From: an uncultured Planctomycetota bacterium
GTDB taxonomy: Bacteria > Planctomycetota > Planctomycetia > Isosphaerales > Isosphaeraceae
Length of the DNA: 64,000 nucleotides
NCBI GenBank assembly: GCA_963845755.1
Contig: CAWJTV010000022.1
Span: 96,001-160,000, forward strand
Direction: 5' to 3'
Position numbers and translations under genes: made by a program. Positions 63,155-64,000 of this stretch are shown in pieces (the first letter of the stretch is position 1; every line of letters starts with the position of its first letter). The notes below the pieces were generated by a model. It saw nothing but the letters and a program-made list of their open reading frames with translations. It had not been told where the DNA came from and searched no databases.

Positions 63155-63439
63155 ATGACCGCACTGGACTCGAAGGGCATACTCCGATCGGCGGATGGAA
63201 TCACGTCACCGGTGAGTATCTCGCGCGGTGAGAATCATCTGTTTCTCTCCCTGAGCATGTCTCCGACTGCTTATGTCAAACTACAAGAACTTGCTCTTGC
63301 TTCGGGAGTATCCTTGGACGAGGTTATCAGCAAGGCTTTTGTCCTCTACATCGAAGCGGCCGAGGCTAGCCGAACTGGAAAGGCGGTTGGCATCGCCTCC
63401 ACGGCCGAAGCCCTGGAAACTCAATTCGTCGGCTTTTAA
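63155..63439 (+). CDS. Ribbon-helix-helix-like DNA-binding protein
   Basis: LSLSMSPTAYVKLQELA...SLDEVISKAFVLY pattern. Confidence 0.55.
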   Translation: MTALDSKGILRSADGITSPVSISRGENHLFLSLSMSPTAYVKLQELALASGVSLDEVISKAFVLYIEAAEASRTGKAVGIASTAEALETQFVGF

Positions 63440-63453
63440 GGGTGCCCATCGCC

Positions 63454-63746
63454 ATGGCGGCACCTGCCAAGCGGGACCTCGATGAGCTGGCACATCATCC
63501 CGATTACAACGTCAAGGTCCAGATCGAGCGACGAGAAACCGAGGCGGAGGCGAATCACAGGCGTCGTAAGGACTTTGTGACATTGTGGCGGTGCTCAGCG
63601 GGCTCGGCCTCCTGATGCTTGCTGCCTTGGTCGTTCTCTTGGTTCCGGGCTCTGCGCCCGATTCAAAGAATTGGGCGATATCCGCACTCAGCGCAATCGT
63701 CGCCGGTGCCATCGGTTTCCTGGCTGGCAAGAAGCATGCTGATTGA
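63454..63746 (+). CDS. Small two-TM membrane protein (frameshift ~63583)
   Basis: MAAPAKRDLDELA... joins VAVLSGLGLLMLAALVVLLVPG...WAISALSAIVAGAIGFLAGKK. Confidence 0.55.
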
Positions 63747-63828
63747 GGTTGGCTACATCGGTGTCTCGCGAACTTCAACCTGGATGTCCGGGCCCGACTG
63801 AATCAAGACAAGTCGCTTTTGTGAGATC

Positions 63829-64000
63829 TCATAAAGCGTCAGAACTGACCGATTCGCCATTGTTCGGAGTCGCGATGGCATACCATGGCCGAAAGTTCAC
63901 CGAGTTCTTGACGAAACGGACCGAGCCGTCCATGAACAGCACGTTCACCCCGCCGGGGTGCCAGGAGCTGGCCGAAATCATGGTGATGCTGGCACGACCA
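63829..64000 (-). CDS. C-terminus of a second DUF1559 / H-X9-DG protein (partial)
   Basis: SASSWHPGGVNVLFMDGSVRFVKNSV...SDAL*. Confidence 0.85.
   Translation of the reverse strand, partial: GRASITMISASSWHPGGVNVLFMDGSVRFVKNSVNFRPWYAIATPNNGESVSSDAL

Noticed and set aside
1..64000. tRNA, rRNA or known riboswitch
   Set aside because: None recognised by eye. An Infernal/tRNAscan run is needed to exclude them.

Overview
High-GC planctomycete-type DNA. Isosphaeraceae-like signatures include an ECF sigma/Ser-Thr kinase pair, LExR-xLL export motifs, DUF1559 pilin-like genes and a hopanoid locus. Many genes, including conserved ones such as shc, carry single-base frameshifts, which suggests long-read indel errors, so several genes are reconstructed across ORF fragments. 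Layout: (1) 1-2 kb, a ParD-like/zeta-toxin-like pair. (2) 2-7 kb, ECF sigma plus kinase-WD40-TPR. (3) 7-22 kb, a co-oriented run of exported or surface proteins (NIPSNAP, M19-like amidohydrolase, zinc-ribbon tether, LRR-HExxH, PEP-CTERM, GloVer-repeat, beta-helix). This run contains a ~730-bp duplication, and a conserved ~130-nt leader precedes every LExR-xLL start. (4) 24.6-35.4 kb, a cell-envelope glycosylation cluster. (5) 35.5-41.4 kb, an accessory cassette: three Ig-like DUF1573-type genes, a secreted 14-Cys peptide, a membrane-anchored protein and a DUF1559 gene, interrupted by an IS5-family remnant and a MITE. (6) 41.6-64 kb, mostly core genes (GT87, TIM-barrel isomerases, shc-hpnH-hpnG, BON proteins, transglutaminase-like protein, holA, TetR plus ABC exporter, double cyclase). 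The best candidates for undescribed systems are the Cys-rich peptide/DUF1573/DUF1559 cassette and the conserved leader motif. All family assignments come from motif recognition by eye, not database searches.
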